Translations under genes and position numbers: made by a program
DNA from: Rhizaria sp. SCN 62-66
Lineage: Eukaryota
Length of the DNA: 64,000 nucleotides
Assembly: GCA_001724265.1 (NCBI GenBank)
Contig: MEDY01000069.1
Location: forward strand, 62,001 to 126,000
Reading direction: 5' to 3'
Notes under the pieces: model-generated
The model's input: only the letters and a program-made list of their open reading frames with translations
The model's database searches: none
What the model was told of the DNA's origin: nothing
Shown: positions 60,224 through 64,000 of the stretch, piece after piece
Numbering within the stretch: the stretch's first letter is position 1
Layout: each line of letters starts with the position of its first letter

Positions 60224-61918
60224 TTACTCGTTCTGGCCCTCGGGGCGCATGGCGGGGAAGAGCAGGACCTCCTTGATCGAGTCGGAGTTGGTCAGGAACA
60301 TGGTCATGCGGTCAATGCCCATACCCCAGCCGCCAGTCGGGGGCAGGCCGAACTCAAGTGCCTGGATGAAGCCCTCGTCAAGGCCGGGGACCTCGTCGTC
60401 GCCGGCGGCCTTAGCCTTCATCTGCTCGGCGAAACGCTCGCGCTGAACGTGGGGGTTGTTAAGCTCGGTGTAGGCGTTGCAGACCTCCTTCTCGAGCACA
60501 AAGAGCTCGAAGCGCTCAGTGAGGCCGGGGATCGAGCGGTGCTGCTTCGCCAGGGGCGACATGATCTCGGGGTGATCCATGATGAAGCAGGGGTTGGAGC
60601 ACTGCACCTCGAGGTACTCGCCGACGAGCTTGTCGAGCAGGCGCGCAGTCGTGCGGGGTGCCTCGCACTTGACGTTGTGCTGCTTGCACAGGTTGTCGAG
60701 GAACGCGTTGGCCTCGTCCGACTCAAGAGGGAACGGGATCTTGACGTTAAGCGCCTCCTCGAGACCGGAGATCATGGAGATGCGCTTGAACGGCGGGGTG
60801 AAGTCGACCTCGACGGGGGTCTCCTTGCCGTAGGGCGTGTACTGGATCTTGTAGGTGCCGTGGATCGACTTGACCATGCCCGACACCATGCGCTCAGTCG
60901 CCTCGATGAGGTCATGGTAGTCGGCGTACGCCCAGTAGAACTAACACGTCGTGAACTCAGGGTTGTGCGTCATGTCGATGCCCTCGTTGCGGAACTGGCG
61001 GCCGATCTCGTAGACGCGGTCGAGCCCGCCAACAACGAGCTTCTTGTGGTAGAGCTCGGGGGCGATGCGCATGAACATGTCCTGCTTGAGCGAGTTGTGG
61101 TGCGTCGTGAAGGGCTTCGCGGTCGCGCCGCCGACCTCGACGGCCATCATGGGCGTCTCGACCTCGAGGAAGCCGCGCTCATCGAGGAAGCGGCGGATGT
61201 AGTTGATGATCTTAGAGCGGACGGCGAAGATCTCACGCGTCTTGGGGTTGAGCATGAGGTCGAGGTAGCGCTGGCGGAAGCGGACCTCCTGATCCTTGAG
61301 GCCGCGGAACTTGTCCGGCATCATGTGCAGGCAAGGGGTGAGCAGCACCATCTCGCGGGGGTAGATGGACAGCTCGCCCTTGCGGGTACGGCCGACGTAG
61401 CCGCGGACGCCGACAATGTCGCCGCGGTGGAGCACGGCATGAATGTCCCAGTTCTTCTCGGCCGAGCCCTCCTCGGCGACGACCTGGAGCGTCTCGCCGT
61501 CGCCCTGGACCTGGTAGAAGATTAGCTTCTTGCCCGCAGCGCGCTGCAGGTGAATGCGGCCCGCGACGGAGACCTCGATGGTGGTGTCGACGGCACCGGC
61601 CTCGATGGCGTCGAACTGCACGCGGAACTGCGGGATCGACATGGTGACGTTGAACTTGTGCGGGTACACGGCGTAGCCAGAAGCCTTGGAGTACTCCTCG
61701 AGCTGCTTCACGCGGGACGCGAAGTAGTCGGCGGCGTTGCCCTCGGAGACGACGGTGGTGACGGCCTTCTCGGGGGCAGCGGCGGCGCGCGTGGCGGCCT
61801 TCTCGGCGCGCGCGGCGGCCTGAGCCTCCTGCTTCTGCAGGCGCTTAAGGGCGTTCTTGGAGAGCGCCTGGCCATCGCCCTCGGGGGCAGGCACGGGGGT
61901 AGGGTCCTTATCAGCCAT
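60224..61918 (-). CDS. KARS1: Lysine--tRNA ligase (class II, eukaryotic cytosolic type), 564 aa; in-frame TAG at 60941-60943 (codon 326)
   Basis: Motifs [91 protein letters not shown] and [15 protein letters not shown]. The two ORF-track fragments are one frame. TAA stop. Confidence 0.95.
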
Positions 61919-63240
61919 GGTGTGCGAAACCTAATGCCGAGCAAGGTATAGTTGAGTCGGGAAGAACGGCAGGGTTGCGGGGAGAATAGAAGCGACAGCA
62001 TGAGTGAAAAATGGGAGGAAATAAAGTGTAGAAATGAAACGAGTGTGTCTTGCAAAAATAAAATGTTATATCTCGTCATAACGGTACCGGGGGCCACACA
62101 ATGACTCAGTTGCGAACGGCCCCACAAGGAGCCGAACTGAGACCGAGACCGCGACCGAAAAGAAGGCCGCCTGGAGGGTTCGCAAAAATCAACCCAATCT
62201 CGAAAAGCGGAAAATCATGCATATCTAAGTCATCATATCGCTATTCTAGTTTTGTTTTCCGGGATAGCGTATTAAACATCTGAGCAAGTTAGGACTCTTG
62301 GTTTTTTCATGTGGTAGGCTGCATATGTCATATCCATCTTTGGTGTTCGTCAGGAACGGTTTCGATGCTTACTTGACTTTAGAGCCTCTGTGAGGAGTGT
62401 GTAATCAAGCCGAATGGCGTAATTCTTACGGCATCGCCTGTATCAGTGAGTGTTCTCTTGTCAGACGCGGCATCGAATGCTCAGGTGAAGGTTGTGCGCT
62501 GCTGTGCTTCTTGGCGCTCAAGGTGGTTGCTCAGTTCACAAGATGCGCCAATCTTCATGTGACCAACCCGAATATCAATTTAAAAAAACTTAGATGGCGC
62601 ATGTTTATACAGAATCACGTCGACTTGACATCGGCAAACTTGATGTTTGGCTTGAACATGGCACGATCATCTCTGATGCAGCGTGTGACGTCGTTTCCCA
62701 GTCTCAAACGTGATTGTGGTGGCTGCAAGAAATCATGACATTTGTCAAGCATAATAGGATTTAACCGCATTCAACCAAACGTGTAGTATGTATTCAAGTG
62801 ACATCAGTAATAAAACGTTTGATATTTATATTCATGCCTTGTTCCTAGCTGACTATGCAAGATAATATAGTCTCCACCACAAACGCGTTTTTAAGTGGTG
62901 ACGTTCTCAGTCGACGCGACCCTTTTGGCACAGCGAAGGGTGAGGTTTGAACAGAACTTTTAATTTCAAGAAAACACAGTATCTAATCGCTTAATACGCA
63001 TTAAACTGCTGCAAACAGCTTTTCCAAGTGCGTTTTGGTATAGTTCCTTTTTGTTATTACGATTACAGTGCGATCAATGTTCTCTTCTTGAGCATTTACG
63101 TAGCACCACTTCGCTCACCCTCAGGCGGAAGCTCACCCTCTTTCGCCCAACTCGAACATTCCTTTAGCTCTCGCTTTCTAGCCTTAGTCTTTAGCATCGC
63201 CCTGCCGTTCTTGCTAATCTACCGCTCCCGCATTAAGACA

Positions 63241-63902
63241 ATGCGCTTTGAGCCCGTTTTCTCCGCCTTTGTGGCCGCCTTCGTCGCTGTCACCCTTGCT
63301 GGTGCTGCTGCCCCTGTCTCGGCTGCCTCGCCCGCTGCGCTTGCCGCTCCTGCAAGTCTCGCTGCAAGCGCCGAGCTCGCCACCCAGGCAATGTTCTCCG
63401 ACTTTGTCGGCACACACCGCAAGAGCTACCCGTCGACGCACTTTTTCAAGCGCTACAACACGTACAAGCAAAATCTGGCCATGATCCACGACCACAACGC
63501 CAAGCTTAAGGCCTCCTCCTCAGCCATCGAGGACAACAACAACATGCCCACCGGCATGCTTTCCGGCACCCGCGGCGGTGGCCAGCACCAGCAGCCAAAG
63601 AAAAGCTCGTTCACTCTGCGGATGAACGAGTTCGGCGACCTCACCCCCGAGGAGTTCAAGCAGCGCATGGGCCTGCGCCCCAACCCGCACCGCCTCGCGC
63701 GCGCGCGCGCCGCCGCGGCCGCAAGCCCGCACGGCAACAGCAACAGCGCCAGCGTGCGTCTGTCGTCGTCGCTGTTTGCGGGCGGGCTTGGTCGCCGCGT
63801 GGCCGAGTCGGTCCTCGCTGCCGACGACCTGAGCAAGAGCAAGGACTGGCGCGCCGAGGGCAAAGTCGGGCCGGTCAAGAACCAGGGTCAGTGCGGTTCA
63901 TG
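63241..63902 (+). CDS. Papain-family (C1A, cathepsin L-like) cysteine protease, first exon; continues beyond the window
   Basis: Signal peptide; I29 propeptide (FSDFVGTHRKSY...RYNTYKQNLAMIHDHN...MNEFGDLTPEEF); mature DWRAEGKVGPVKNQGQCGS, then a TG|GTACGT donor at 63903 splitting the catalytic Cys codon. Confidence 0.93.
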
Positions 63903-64000
63903 GTACGTTACAGCAATATCACTGGCTAACACTCAGATCACCTGAAATATCTTGCATCTTATTTAAAATATTGTGTATTCAAGTGATATCTTTCAATATT

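Noticed and set aside
60941-60943. Pyrrolysine decoding or A-to-I editing (UAG to UGG, Trp) as the explanation for the TAGs
   Set aside because: The conserved positions call for an acidic residue. Trp or Pyl would not fit the LysRS substrate-binding Glu, and Pyl is not known in eukaryotes.
60224-61918. Calling LysRS, the RluC-like gene, the EEP gene and the nucleotidyltransferase pseudogenes or split gene pairs
   Set aside because: Each has a single lesion, always TAG, with intact motifs and no frameshifts. This does not look like decay, though read-level checks are still needed.

Overview
This is gene-dense eukaryotic nuclear DNA, probably from a flagellated protist. It has GC-rich exons, AT-rich spacers and short GT-AG introns (109-194 nt) with a strong GTACGT-type donor. 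I can model 21 protein-coding genes; two are truncated by the window edges. They include cytosolic IleRS and LysRS, COPE, DERA, QPRT, farnesyltransferase beta, BolA, an RluC/RluA-type pseudouridine synthase, an EXD3/Mut-7-like exonuclease, CCDC146, a CFAP97-domain protein, a giant Pol-beta-type nucleotidyltransferase, an EEP hydrolase, an SMP-domain protein and a papain-family protease. The main discovery is evidence for a non-canonical nuclear genetic code. Four genes carry a single in-frame TAG. In LysRS ([13 protein letters not shown]) and in the RluC-like enzyme (VLY*DEHVLVLDKP) the TAG sits where family motifs have Glu. None of the 19 visible gene ends uses TAG (13 TGA, 6 TAA). This suggests UAG is a sense codon, most likely Glu, while UAA and UGA remain stops. 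I recognised no tRNA, rRNA, mobile element or CRISPR array. All family calls come from motif recognition by eye; no database search was run.
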